Shown piece after piece: positions 37,921-51,939 of a DNA stretch of 64,000 bases (positions are counted from its first letter, which is position 1; every line of letters begins with the position of its first letter). Source of the stretch: Callorhinchus milii. Its lineage: Eukaryota. Under the pieces are notes generated by a model that saw only the letters and a program-made list of their open reading frames with translations, did not search any database and was not told the origin of the DNA. The stretch lies in the NCBI RefSeq assembly GCF_018977255.1, contig NW_024704743.1:46068001-46132000 (forward strand), in the 5' to 3' direction. The position numbers and the translations under genes are program-made.

Positions 37921-39617
37921 GTATGAATGACGAATTCTGTTGCTCAGCTCTTACTGGATTTCATCAAGAGGCATCACAAACTACCTTAAAAGTAAAGGAC
38001 TGTATAGAGGAAGTAATTTCTGTTCAAAACCCTTCCTTTAAATTTAAAGGCAAAATATGGCCCAAAAATACATTTAATGAAATAATTATCTCTTAGCTGG
38101 TATCTCACGCACCAGCTAAGAAATGTGGTGATCCACTGGATCCAATGGGGGCCGGGGCTGGATTTGGAACTAGCTATTTTTCTGACATTGGCGGGGGGTG
38201 GGGGCGGCGGAGTCACAAGACATCAACTGTGTTGCTGAGCAGGGAGAAATTTTCTGTGATATTTTAATGCGACAAATGATAAATATTACATGTTCCTATT
38301 TTTCACCCCAATATATCGAAAAACATAATCTAGCTGTCGTGAAGAGTCTTCACTCTTCACTGTCCTTCTCAACAATGTCCTCAGGCATAAGGCTGTTTTG
38401 GTCATGTAAGAGATGGGGATGTATCCCTGAGTGACTCCATCTATTTTGATGAGGTTGGAACCTTTGGACAGGCATGGGAGCAAATTTCTCTCCAATATTC
38501 TAACAGAAACTCATTTCTTGAGGAGCAATACTATATAGTACAGCAGTAAATAGGACTGTTAATCATTATTAATATTCTCTCCAGTTTAAATTTGACCCTC
38601 CCGGCATCTTAGGTACCTTTTCACCACATCCTGTTCTTTATTCAACATGAGATGGTTATCTGCAGAAAGCAATTAAATATAACACAGGATGATGGCTGAA
38701 TGATCAGGTGGATTTTCCTCCTCTCCTTCACTAATTTCACCCGTTTGATAAACCCTGAGCAACAGTATGCCTGAATTAGCAATATGCCACTTTCCATAAT
38801 TAGTCAAGAACCGAGACCTCAGGGAGGAGAGGATTGCACAGCTGAAAGACAGTGTTTGAGCACATTCGGTTTGTTATTTTTCCTCAGTTGCGTCCTTGGA
38901 CCAAGAGCTGGATGGTCCTGTGTTTCTAATATTTTAAAGTATATGTTACCTGGGAATGATTACAAAATAGCAGTCTAATGTTCTGTTTACACTGCTAAGA
39001 GTTGGAAAAAATGTTTATACTTCTCCACACTTAATTTATCCTCCCAAATCCCTTCTCCTCTTTCTTCAAAACCCTCTTTAAAAACTATCATTTTGAATGT
39101 GTCTTTGGTTAACACTGTTGTGATCCCCCACTGTGATCCTCATCGTCTTTGTAAATTGCTTTGAAATAATATCCTGCATGAAACGTGATTCATAAGTGTG
39201 AGTTCACAAAGTTCGTGAAGTACTTTGAGATGTTCTTGATGTTGTTGCTAAAGGTGTTATATGAAATGGATTTTTTTATTTTCATAAGTTTTCACAAATA
39301 TCAAATGAAAAGTATCAATAGTAATTTACACATCTCACATTTCAGTGAAATTGGATGTTCATCTTTTAATGTTCAAAAGACAACTGATTAAATCAGTTTT
39401 TAATAACATTAATAATGAAAATAGCTGGTGCGTTCAGTGAACCACTGAGGAGTTTGAATGACCTTGGGGAAGTGAGCCCAGTTTTATTCTTGCCTTTCAT
39501 GTTTGTACTGAAACCACTTTCTTCAACTGGTGTGTGTGATAGCACTCTAGGGCCTTTAGCCTCCAGGGCCCTTAGGCTCAATCCCCAGTTACAAAAATAG
39601 AAATTTACATCACCAAA

Positions 39618-41200
39618 CAACAACAACTTGCATTTATATAGCGCCCTCCATCTGGGGGCTGTCCCAGAGGGCTCAACAATGTTGGAGCCCGATGCCGAGC
39701 CAGTGGGAGGGGGAAGGTGACTGTAGGCACGGTCGAAGAGAAAAGTCTTCTGTCACAATCTGAAAATGGGGAAAGGGGAGGGCAAGGCGAAGGGGTTGAG
39801 GGAGGGAGTTTCATAGCTTCAGAGCGTAGTGGCTGAAGGCACGGCCGCCGATGGTGGAGCAGAGGATTCGAGGGACAAGGAGGAGGCCGGACTCAGTAGA
39901 GCAGAGGCACTGGGTACTGCTGTGAGGAGAGAAGAGGTTAGAGAGATAGGGGGGGGGTGCGAAGGCATGGGGGGATTTAAACACTAGAGTGAGGATCGTG
40001 AAGTCGATCCACTCTGTGACAGGGAGCCAGTGGAATTTGGCAAGGACTGGGGTAATTGTGGTGCGGAGTTTTGTGCGGGTGACAATGCAGGCGGCGGATT
40101 TGTGAATAGTGGAGGAGGGGAGACCAGTGAGGAGGGCATAAGAGTAGTCCATTCGAGAGGTGACGAAGGCATGGACAAGGGTTCTGTCAGACAAGCTGAC
40201 AGAAAATCAGAGGACTGGGGGATGCAGCTGGAGGTGGAGAAGTAGAGTTGAGTGTCATCCGCATACTTGTGGAAGTTAACCCCGTGTCTGCGGATGTCAT
40301 CTCCGAGACGGAGCGTATAGATGAGGAAGACAAGGAGGAGCCTTGGGGAACCCCACAGGTGACCGGGCAGATAAACCATTTGCTTAAATGTAGTGCTGGC
40401 GGTTTGTGAGGTAGGACCCGAACCAACAGGTGCGGTCCCACTGAGGTGGGTGATGGAGGCCAGGCAGTGGAGGAGGATCTCGTGATCATCTATGTTGAAT
40501 GCGGCGGAAAGGTTCAGTAGGACAAGGCAGAGAGAGCCCTGGTCTTAGATAGAGAGGACATCGTTTGTGACTTTCACGAGCGTTGTCTCTGTACTGTGGG
40601 CAGTGCGGAAACCGGACTGGAGGGATTTGAGTAGGGAGTGGAGGGAGAAGTGTGCGCAAAGTTGGTTGGCAATGATGCGTTCCAAAGCTTTGGCCAGGAA
40701 GGGCAGGTTTGACATAGAGTGGTAGTGCACGAGGTTGGAGGGTTCAGGTTTTTTAAGGAGGGGGGGATGATGACGGTGGTTTGGAAGGGGATTGGGACTG
40801 ATCCTGAGGAGAGGGACTGATTAATGCTGTCTGCCAGCAATTGGCACAGGAGGGGGAGCTGGCTGATCAGCAGCTGGGTGGAAGGCAGCAGGTGGTGGGT
40901 TTCCTCAAGGTGTTGGAGGACTAGAGGAAGGGAGGAGAGACGGGCGCAAAGGAATGCAGAATGGGGGCCACGGTAGGAGCTGAGGTGGGGGGTGGGAAAA
41001 GGAGATGGAATGGAGGGGGTGGTAGGGCTCACAGGGCAGGAGGATGAGGCTGCAAGACTGATGATTTCAACTTTAGAGGTAAGGAAGTCCATGACCTCTT
41101 CAGACTTGGCGTTTGATGTAATGATTGAGGGGCGCAAGGAGGAGGTGGTGGGTGGTGGAGAATAGGATTTGGACCAAAGGAGACCATTTTGGCTGTGCTG
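39618..41200 (-). mobile_element. L2 LINE, longest copy (RT plus 3' tail)
   Basis: SNLPFLAKALERI, QSGFRTAHSTET, GVPQGS and YADDTQLY motifs, with (TTG)n tail. Confidence 0.95.
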
Positions 41201-42053
41201 CATTTACAGTGCTATTTAGAGTAATTTCCAAAGGGAGGGGTCCTTGGAGCTGAACTGCCAATGAAATGTCAGAATCAAATCAACCCTCTGTGACGGTCTC
41301 GGGAGTCTGGTTCTCAAGTCAGCACATTGGTGATATGGTTTTAGCTGATTACACTCCAGCAGGACTCGAACTCGCACACTGGGGTTCCTAACCCTGGCTC
41401 TTGGCAATCTGTGCCTAATAGTCTTTTGCATTAGGTAAACTGAATATGTCCCTGCTGTGAGAGACTGCATAGAGTACTGTTTTCCAGACATGATAAATTC
41501 CACATGTTGGTGGACTGCATGGAACTCTGTCTGATTTGAATACTCTTACGATGGTAATGGGTTTCCACATGTCAGAGACCTATCTGACCAACGTATAAGA
41601 TACTCTCATTCTCCTGCATTTTCTCCAAACCCTTTCGTATTTCTCCTTTTCAGATACAGTACAGCCTCACTCTAAGATGCTTAACTATACTGTTAGTTTG
41701 CATATAATGAGCCTGCACTCATTATATTGTGCATGTGCACAGTTAGCCAGTTGTTTTGCACATGCTGTTCAGCTTTTCATGCTAAACTGGCAGATTTTGG
41801 CTCAATAGATCAACAACAACAACTTGCAATTATATAGCACCCTTCCTGCGGGGCAGCTTCCTGGAGTGGCGAGGGAGGGGGCAAGGCGGAGGGATTGAGG
41901 GAGGGAGTTCCAGATTTGGTCATGTCGCTTCTCACTTTACTGCACATGCGTAAAACTGGAAGTGGTATTGGCGGCTACCTCATGACCAGTAAGTCGACCA
42001 TTTTAGCTTCTCATACTAAGAAAAATGGATGACTTCCAGATCATAAGTTGCCG

Positions 42054-42371
42054 ATAATAATAATAATCCTTGCATTTGATATAGCGCTTTTCACGTCGGG
42101 AGGACGTCCCAAAGCGCTTCACAGAACACACTGTAAAGTGAATTGACTGTATATTTGTGGGTGAACTCGGCAGCCAATTGCGCACAGCAATGTCCCACAA
42201 ACAGTCGTAGATTGAAAATGACCAATTTATTATTGTTTTTGGTTTTGGAGGGATTATTATTAGGCTCTGTGTGGAGTAAGGAAACTTGCCCAAGGTTTCG
42301 CTCTGCCTGGAATTGAACCCAGGTGTCTTGCTTGCAAAGCGAGTGCTCTAACCACTGAGCTACAGGACTCC
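42054..42371 (-). mobile_element. Young full-length tRNA SINE (short subtype)
   Basis: Near-identical to 14597-14911. Confidence 0.95.
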
Positions 42372-43007
42372 ACAAATGACTCCATGTCATTTACACCTTT
42401 CACAGAAAACAGGAAGTAACATTGTTATCAACTGCTGACCTAGAAGTCAGCTATTATTTCTGTTGGCTAGTTGTGCATCTGTTGTCTCACCTGCTAGCTT
42501 GCCTCAGGATAACGCAGAGTGGGATTTTGTAGATGGTTTATAATGAGACTGCACTATATTTTTTCCAATTCCTGCATTTCTAGGGTAAACAGCTTCAGTT
42601 ACTCCTTTCTAAGGTTCTCGTCTGTCCGAGCTCCAATTTAGCTAGCACATTTGGTGGTAAATCATTGCCAAACTTGTGGCATGTTCACCAGGAAACATGC
42701 TGAATAAACACATTTGTAACGTGCTACTAAATGAAATGGTTGACAAGCACCATCTGAACTCTGTGACAACTGAATTTTAAAATAATTCCCATATATCTGT
42801 TGATTTTATTATAAAAGACAGGTAAATCTCATAAACTGTATACATTTTCATAATCCTTTTGCACCTGATGCTACAGAGGGATGACAGCTTAAATAAGAAT
42901 AGATAAACTACTTATAGGCAGATGTCATCTAGGTATTTGAGATGATATCCACAATAGTTTTCTACAACAATATTATGTCAGGCTTTTTTCAAAAATATTA
43001 ATGTTTT

Positions 43008-43395
43008 GTAATAATAATACTTACATTTGATATAATGCCTATAACATCGAGAACATCTCAAAGCTTGTGTGAAGAATATTTGAAGGCAAATATGGCAGCT
43101 AATTTGTACGCAGCAATGTCTCACAAACAGCCATAAAGAGAATGATTTGGCAGACACTAGGAGAAAATCTCTTGTCTTTTTAAGTAGTGCCGTGGGAACT
43201 TTAATATCATTTGAAGCGGCAGACAGCTTCAAATCCCAATTTTAATATTTCATCCAAAGAATGGCACCTCTGACAGCGTACTGCTCCATCAGACATTGCA
43301 CTGTATTGTCAGCCTAAACTCTCAACCAAAATCCTAAAAGGGGGCTTGAACCCACAAAGTGACTCAGAGGCAAGAGTTCTGCCAAAAAGCCAGGT
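43008..43395 (-). mobile_element. Deu-domain SINE
   Basis: Similar to 24555-24933. Confidence 0.75.
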
Positions 43396-43449
43396 TCATA
43401 CATTTAACTAGAAACACCTAGTTTCAAAAACTGCTTTGTTTTAAAGAGC

Positions 43450-45185
43450 ACTTGTTGCCTTTGACACTGTTGACCACTCTCCTTCTCCACTGCCTCTCCT
43501 CTCAGCTCCATCTTCAAGGCCTGGTTACATTCTTACTTCTCCCATCGTCTCCACTTTGTATCCACCAATGGCTTCTCCTCTAGCCCTTGCACAGTCACGT
43601 GTTGTATTCCTCAGGCTCTGTCCTCGATCCTCTCCTTTATAATATTTACATGCTCCCACTTGGGGATATCATCAACAGACATGGGGCTAACTTCTACATG
43701 TACGTGAATGACACCCAACTCTATCTTACTGCCATTGTACTCATAATTTAAACCCCAAATAGGTGCCATTAACCCATCCTGCCTTCCCACCTCCACCACA
43801 TTGCCTGCCTCTGCTGCTATCTCTTCCCTCAAGCTGCTGAAACCCTCATCCATGCTTTCATTATGTCCAGGCTCGTCTACGCTAACTCCCTGTTCACCAT
43901 ATTTCCCAACACTTCTCTCCACAAGCAAGTTAATCCATAAGACCATAAGACGTAGGAGCAGGAGTAGGCCATTCGACCCCTCAAGCCTGCTCCGCTATTT
44001 AATAAGATCATGGCTGATCTTCTAACCTAATTCCATTTACCCGCCCTATCCCCATATCCCTTAATCCCTCTATCCTTTAGAAATCTATCAACCTCAGTCT
44101 TGAATATGTTCAAGGTCTGAGCATCCACAGCTGAGTTGAGGAAATGTTTCCTTAACTCAGTTCGAAAAGGCTGACCCCTAATCTTAAGACTCTGACCCCT
44201 AGTTTTCTGGGGAAACAGTCTCATGGCATCTACCCTGTCAAGACCCTTAAGAATCTTATATGTTTCTATAAGATCACCTCTAATTCTTCTATATTCTAGA
44301 GAATATAGGCCTCGTTTACTCAACCTATCCTATAGGTCAACCCCTCATCCCAGGAACTAACCTAGTGAATCTATGCTGCACCCTCTCTAAGGCGAGTATA
44401 ACCTTTCTTAAATAAGGAGACCAAAACTGCACACAATATTCTAGGTGCAGTCTCACCAAGGCCTTATACAACTGCAGCAAGACGTCCCTACTCTTGTACT
44501 CTAACCCTTTTGCAACGAACGCCAACGTAGCATTAGCCTTCCTAGTTGCTTGCTGTACCTGCATACTAACTTTTTGTGACTGGTGTACAAGGACACCCAA
44601 ATCCCTCTGAACACTAACACTACCTAGTCTCTCCCCTTCTAGAAAATAATCCGCTTTTCTATTTTTACTACCTAGGTGAATAACACACTTCCCCACGTTA
44701 TACTCCATCTGCCACCTTCTTGCCCACTCTCCTAGCCTGTCTATTTCCCTTTGCATTCTTCGTGTGTCATCCTCACAGCTTACTCTCCCACCTATCTTCG
44801 TATCGTAGAACTCTGCAGTCAGAACTCTGCAGCTCGTGTCCTCTCCCGCACTAAGCTTTATGAGCTATCTCCCAGAGGATAAAGTTCATGATCCTTGTCC
44901 TCACCTTTAAAGCCCTCCATGGACTTGCTCCTCCCTACCTATGCAACCTGTTAAAGCTTCACCATCTGCCTGCTCCCTCCGCTCTGCAGGCACTGGCCTG
45001 CTCCACGTCCCCAACCCTACCAGCTTTACTTTCGGCAGTTGAGCCTTCAGCCATTATGCCCCAACCCTCTGGAACTCCATCCCGGAGCCCCTACGCCTCG
45101 CCCCCTCCTTTGCCTCCTTCAAGGCCCTTCTCAAGACCTTCCTTTTTGACCGCACCTTTAGTCATCTTCCCTCCTCCCCACACAA
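43450..45185 (+). mobile_element. L2 fragment split by a CR1 insertion
   Basis: L2 sequence stops at about 43936 and resumes at agaactctgcag (44807/44821). Confidence 0.85.
43937..44806 (-). mobile_element. CR1 LINE 3' end
   Basis: WQMEYNVGKC, LYKALVRLHLEYCVQFWSP and RGDLIETYKI motifs, with (TCTTATGG)n tail. Confidence 0.95.
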
Positions 45186-45396
45186 TCCTATAGGGTATGT
45201 TTTTTAAATAGTGCTAAAACTCAATTCAAAATTCAAATAGTTTTTCTTCCTAATTTCTGTATATCTGCCACAAAACACACAGTCACTACACTTTACAGGA
45301 CACCTTCCTGACTTGAAAGGGGCTATACCAAATCTAAAGAGGATTATTAGTATTATTATTGTTATTATATTCTGTGGAATAGTGCCTATTGCATTA

Positions 45397-45782
45397 TAAT
45401 AATAATCCTTGCATTTGATATAGCGCCTTATCACTTCGTTGAGACGTCTCAAAGAGCTTTACAAGATATACTGTAAAGTGTGTATTTTGTGGGTGAAATG
45501 TGGCATCCACTTGCGCATAGCAATTTCCCATGAACAACTGTGGAGGTGAATGACTAATTTTATTTGGGGGATTGCTGGCCAGGACATTGGGAGAAACTCC
45601 CTTCTCATTTTGAATAGTGCCATGGAACCTTGGTTTAATGTCTCATCTGAGGGACGGCACCTCCGGCAATGCAACACACACTGCATTGGGGTGTCAGCTT
45701 AGACGATTTGATTCCGTGTCACGATGTGGGTTTGAATTCAAAACCTTCAGATAGAGTGCTACCACTGAGCCAGGCTGACACA
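45397..45782 (-). mobile_element. Deu-domain SINE with (TTA)n tail
   Basis: Similar to 24555-24933 and 28781-29200. Confidence 0.85.
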
Positions 45783-48229
45783 CATATCTTGAAAAATATC
45801 TTAAAACATCTGGAAAGTGTAGTGACTATTTTCACGCAACAATGTGCCACAATCAGCCAAAAAGTGAATGACTAATTTGACATTCACAATTTAAATGTAA
45901 ATTGATGTTGTAGTTGTAATAAATTAGATAAAAAAATCAATGTATAATAGAAATGAAAAATTATGATTGCAGAAATGACAAGTAAATGTGAACCAAGGGT
46001 TGTACTATTTGGTGAATAGTTGGTGAACAGGTGTATTTCACTGCTCCCTTACTCTCCTTATCTATATCCATTAAAAAAATCCAGAACAACACTATGCCTG
46101 AATTAGCAATATCCCAATTTCCACGATCAGCCAAGTACTGAAGCCTCAGGGAGAAACAGATTGCACAGCTGAAAGATTGTAAATTGGTGTTGTGCTTTTC
46201 TTGCTGTGTGCAGATCCCACTGTTACTGCAATGTGACTTTAAAAAATAATATAATATAATTTTTAAAGTAAAAACATATTTCAGCGCCACATCTGAAATG
46301 CTCTCCAATGAACAAAACCTCTTGTTTCCCCTCTCCCAGCCTTCAAAACACTCCTCAAAAACATATTTTTCAACCATGCTTTTAGTCAACATCCCTAATT
46401 CTCAGTCTTCCTATAATAAATTGGTCACTCAGTCCACAACTGTTTGTGGGACACTGCTATGCGCAACTAGCTGCTGCATTTCACCCACAAAATATACAGT
46501 CAATTTACTTTACAATATATTCTGTGAAGCGCTTTGAGCCATCTCAATGGCGTGATAAGATTCTGTATCAAATGCAAGTATTATTATTATTCCTACCTAG
46601 GTGTAAATCTTCTTAAGACTTTTGTTCTAATTGAAAAGCACCATGTAAGTGCAACTTGCAGAGAAGTTAGCATCTGTTGCTCAAGCTCCACACCTCCAAC
46701 TGCTTTAGGGATGTATGTCCGAGCTGTGTGCAGGAAGAGAGTTGCTGTACTGAGCTGTGCAACTCACCATGAAGCTTGCAGGGAGTTCCTGGTACTGGAC
46801 ATCTACCTAGAGAGGGCTCAAACCTTCACTTTTCGGATGTGAAATGACCAACTGGTAACCATCCTCCTGGGGTGGGGGGGTTAGGATTAGGGTTGGGTGT
46901 GGGGGGAAGGTAAACAGGGTTTCTTTAGAGCTGAACTGGCTCCAAGATGACATGATGACAGTTCAGCTTGCCTGGCTCATTGGCACACCAGTCACTGTGG
47001 ACAGGGATCCTTCCCATTCAGCTCCTGTTAACTCTGTTGAATTTGGATACTCTGAAGCATGCAGATGGTTTCCACATGTGGCAAACACCCTTGATTATAA
47101 AAAAATTGTAAGATTCTCCTGAGTGAACAGAAAAATTATACATACGATTTGCCCATCCCCATTGTATGTCTTATGTAATTAGAGGCGGCAGCAAGGGTCT
47201 TACAATGAGAGCTTGGTCTGTTATTCACATGGGCTGATGCCTGGCAAAAGAAGTTCAATACAAATAAATGTAAGGCACGACATAGAGGTAATATGAATAG
47301 GTACGATATGTACACCGTAGATGCAATACAACATTGCAAGGAGGAAGCTGAAAGAGATCCCGGGGTGTTAGCTGACTTATGAATGGGTATTCTGGAAGGA
47401 TGAGATCAAATGAACCAAAATGGTTCATCTGTTCCAATCTTGTGATATTGTGTACGTCATCAAGGTGAGCAGTGAAGAATTTCATCAACATGCAGAATTT
47501 CACCTGTTACCTCATTACACAATGCCAGAGACAAAACCAAACCATTTCAGACCATATGTTCAGGAAACAATTCTACAGGAAGGAGATGATTTATATTAAT
47601 ATAAACGAACTGTGAAATTGTCTTTTTCATTCCAAATGTTACATTGACACTAAATAATCCATTTTCAGTAATTTTGCTATCTAAGCATTCTAACTGTATA
47701 AAAGCAATATCCTTTTAAATAAAAAAACTGCATGGGCCTGAAATGTGTCCGTTTATAAAACACAAACAGAAAGCCCATTCAACAAACTCTCATCACTGAA
47801 AGTAATGAAATCTCATTGGACCCTGACATTTCTATGTTTATAAGAACAGGCATAAAACCTGGGCAGAACAGATTTTCTGAATACACAGACACAAGCTAGA
47901 ATTACAGCCTGAAAGTTCTCATTGCCAAATGGGTAAATGATGATTTGGTACCATTATTGAAATTTATCAGGTAATGAGGAGGTGCTATCATTGTATTTCA
48001 TATACAGTTAAAGTGTGGCAGCAGCCATAAATCCAGCTGTGGAATCTGGAAATGTGTTCACCTACAAATACACAGGCACTGTGCTTCACATTAAAATCCT
48101 ATGAAATCTATGAGATATCTCAATAACCTGATGAGGTGCTATAATTGTAACATTAATCCAGTAGTGGCGTGTGGAATTTAAAGTTCAAAAGTCACCACAG
48201 GATGGAAGAGTTTGGACAAGCCTGTTGTT

Positions 48230-48595
48230 GGCCACACTGTGGAAACATATATACTATATGTTTTGTAGGCAAATAGGGCAGCCAATTTGTGCACAGCAAG
48301 CAATGTCCCACAAACAGCCATGAAGTAAGTGACAAATTTTATTTGGGGGATTGTTGGCCAGGACACCAGGAAAAACCATTAAACTGACATTCTGTCTGTT
48401 TAGGTGGACATTAAAGATTCCATGGTACTATTCAAAAAGGGAAGAGAGTTTCTCCCGGTGTCTTGGTCAACAATCCCCCAAATTGGTCATTCACTTCATG
48501 ACGGGAACATTGCTGTATGTAAATTGGTTGCCATGTTTGCCTAGGACTTGAGACATCCTCCTGATACTATATCAAATGCAAAGATAATTATTATT
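48230..48595. mobile_element. Inverted pair of Deu-SINE fragments (- then +)
   Basis: ggggattgttggccaggacaccagg versus ccggtgtcttggtcaacaatcccc. Confidence 0.75.
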
Positions 48596-49099
48596 GCTGT
48601 ATCATTCTTCAATGGTTGACATTTTGAATACACTATCAAGCATACTGACACACAATCAGATGAAAGGACTGGATTGGTGAAGAATAAAAACAAAATCCAG
48701 TTTTAGTATTTATTTTGTTGAGGGCGTCTCAATTAAACAAAATACTAAAATAAATGCCAGATTGATACTGTGGAGAAATATCTTTAAAAAGTGGTAATGA
48801 AACCACTGAATGGGTTGGTATTTGAAAAATGTTTGAACTAAATGCACTCAGTGATACAGTACTCCAGCTGAAGGTGGACAATGGGTTCACTGCTCCAAGG
48901 ATCAAGCTCTGTTTGAGAAAGAGATGCTTTTGGAGGTTAAAAAGCCTCTCTATTATCTGTGCTTCTCCTTGGCGGCACAGCACAATCCCATATTAGGATG
49001 GCTGCTCTACCGTTTGTGCAGCATATAAGGTTGCGAGTGATAAACCCACTCAACACCTAACACTTCACTTTGGCAGAACACCCTCATTGACTGGAACAA

Positions 49100-49920
49100 C
49101 CCTTAATTAGTGAAGGCAGGAAGCACAGGAATATCCAGATGGTCAGAGAGCTCTGCCAAGGTATTCAGTCGAATATCTTCCACTTCAAGCAGGAGAGGTG
49201 GTCTGAAGGATAATCAGTTTCTGGGATCCCTGTAGTTATTGTGCAGACCTCGTGGGGATATTAGGGATATGAATCAAATGAACTCAGACGACTTGACTCG
49301 CATGACAGATGGAATGCCGTAAATCTGGTGGGCACTTCATTATATAGTGTGTCCGTCTAATGAGAAAGGGTGGCCATTCTCACTTGCAATTGCTCAGATA
49401 CTTCAGGGTTATGGACTTGAACGCTGAGATTGATTCCAAGTGATGGGACATATTTCTGTGGATTACTTCAAGCACCATAGGCCATACCGAACAAGGCTTC
49501 ACACAACAGAAAATTATGAATGCATTTCAAACCCCACGTAAGATGTACCACATAGGAAGAAAAACAAGTGATTTATCACCATTGCAATGCCATGAAAGCC
49601 ATTATCAGTCATGTACTCTGAATGTGTCTCAGGATTTTGGAGGGAGGCGATGCTGTCGTTAAGAAATCTCTTTTCATTTATCTGCTTGCTTTATGCATTT
49701 GAGGTATCTTTTGGGGATCCCATGGCACAGTTAATTGCTTGGAATGGCATCTGAAGCACTACAATGCAGTTGGAAAAGCACACAAATAATGGTTTATTTG
49801 AGAACATATTCAAGATGTGACAACAAGTTCTTGTTCAACGGAATCCTCCATCGTGATGGGCGATCCCCTTTGTAATGGAGCTCACCATTGTCACAATATG
49901 CATAATGCACATGATATCTT
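49100..49920 (+). mobile_element. Very old Harbinger-like transposase relic
   Basis: Colinear degenerate motifs MVRELCQGI, GDIRDMNQ..MTDG, YIVCP, HYNA and IVTICIMH. Confidence 0.4.
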
Positions 49921-50780
49921 TTTGAAAAAAATGAAGTGTGATATTTCCAGACATTAATAAGGCTGTCTCATTTTGTCAGCCATGCAGGGCGCAACGTCGT
50001 GCATTTCATATCATCCTTTATTAATGCAGCACTTCCTATATTTCCATTAGAAGGTCTAATCTGCAGTATTTCGCAATGGGATTCCTTCATAACAAATCCT
50101 GTTAGAATTCCCATGGACTCACAGAGAACTTAGAAAACTTCATGCAAAAATGAGAGAGAGGGGAATAGAAGGGTGGAGGCTTGTGTGGAATATAAACACC
50201 GGGGTGATCTAGTGGGCCTGTATCCGTGCTGTATCATTCTATGTAAAATGCTGGTGAAAGAACAATGCTGATAGTTCAGAAAACCAGTTACAGATGCTTT
50301 TATACAGTTATAAATAATACTTTAATTTTTTGTACCTATGATTATATTGAAGTATCTTGAAGTGCATTTCGCAGTGATTTACTTTGAACAGTTAGTGTTA
50401 ACCAAATTTCATTTTGGTGAATTTTGATCAGGGAGAAATAAATACCAGGGTATCAGAACTCCGCGCTCTTCTTCAAAGTTATGCCATTGGATCTTTAATA
50501 GTATGCTATGTTTTTATACTCAGTGGCATTGAGTACAAAAGTAAAGAAATTATGCTTAAGTTTGTATAAATTATTGGCTAGGCTGTAACTGGAGTATTGT
50601 GTTTAGTTCCAGTTACCTCACTTAAGGAAAGATGTTAGGGTTTCGAGAGCATACAGAGGAGGTTTACAAGAATGATTCCGCGGATGAAGGACTACAGTCT
50701 TGAGGAGAGGCTGTGTCTGTTTTCATCGGAACAGAGAAGGTTGAGGGGGAACTTATACAAAATCATGAGGGGCTTTGTTA

Positions 50781-51743
50781 TACCAACAACAAAATTACAT
50801 TTGCATGGCGCCTTTCACATCAGGAGGACGTCCCGACGTGCTGGACAGTCATTGCTTCGGACCCTAACTGAGGCTCGGGATTGGGAAGGGAGGAGGGCAG
50901 GGGGGAAAGGAGTGTGATCGAAAGCATGGTCAAAGAGGAGGGTCTTGAGAGAGGCACGGAAGGGGGCGAGGCGGAGGGACTGTGGGTTGGAGTTCCAGAG
51001 GGTGGGGGCAGAGTAGCTGAAGGCTCGCCCGCCAATGGTGGGGCGGGTGAGGCGGGGGTCATTAAGCAAGCTGGAGCCCGCTGAGCAGAGGGAACAGGCA
51101 AGATGGTAGGAGTTTAGGAGGTCGCAGAGGTAGGGGGGAGCAAGGCAATTGAACCCTTTGATGGTGAGGACCAGGATCTTGAACTGTATCCTCTGTGTGA
51201 TCGGAAGCCAGTGGAGTCAGGCGAGGATGAAGGTGATAGAGTCACAGAGCCTGATGCGGGAGAGAACACAAGCTACAGAGTTCTGGGTGATCTGCAGCCT
51301 ATGGAGGGAGTAGTTGGGGAGGCCGAAAAGCAAGGAGTTTATGTGGTCAAGTTTTGATGTAATGAATGCGTGCAAGAGAGTTTAGGCCCCTACGCAGTGC
51401 GACAGTGGCGGAGCCGGGCGATGTTGCAGAAGTGGGGGAAGGCAGAGCAGGTCATGGCACAGATGTGGGGTAGAAAGGATAGTTGAGGGTCAAACAAGAT
51501 GCCAAGGTTCCGCACTGGCTCAGTGAGGTGGAGTGTGCAACCATGGATGGTGATGCTGTCAGCGTCTGAGGTGTGGCGACGTTGACAGGAGCCAATCAGG
51601 AGAGCCTCGGTCTTGCTGACGTTCAACTAAAGAAAGTTAGCTCTCATCCTGGACTTGATGAGATTCTGTCGGGATAGCAGTGGTCCTGGAGTCAATGGTG
51701 AGGCAGAGAGATACAGTTGGGTATCTTACATGTGTCTATTTAC
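50781..51743 (-). mobile_element. L2 3' portion with 8-bp TSD
   Basis: LNVSKTEALLIG, VRNLGILFD and IGGRAFSY motifs; ctttgtta at 50773-50780 and 51744-51751. Confidence 0.9.
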
Positions 51744-51939
51744 CTTTGTTAGGATAAATAGAGAGAAATTATTTCCGCTGATAGGGGAGTCAGTGACGAG
51801 AAGACATTAGATGTACAATAACTCCTTATTGGATCATGTGGACACATTCCATAGAACATGATAGGATCCGTTTTTATATTACGGGGGGAAAGAGAGAATG
51901 GGGGCAGGCTTCCCTCAGGGCCTGTCAGCTCCATACTGT

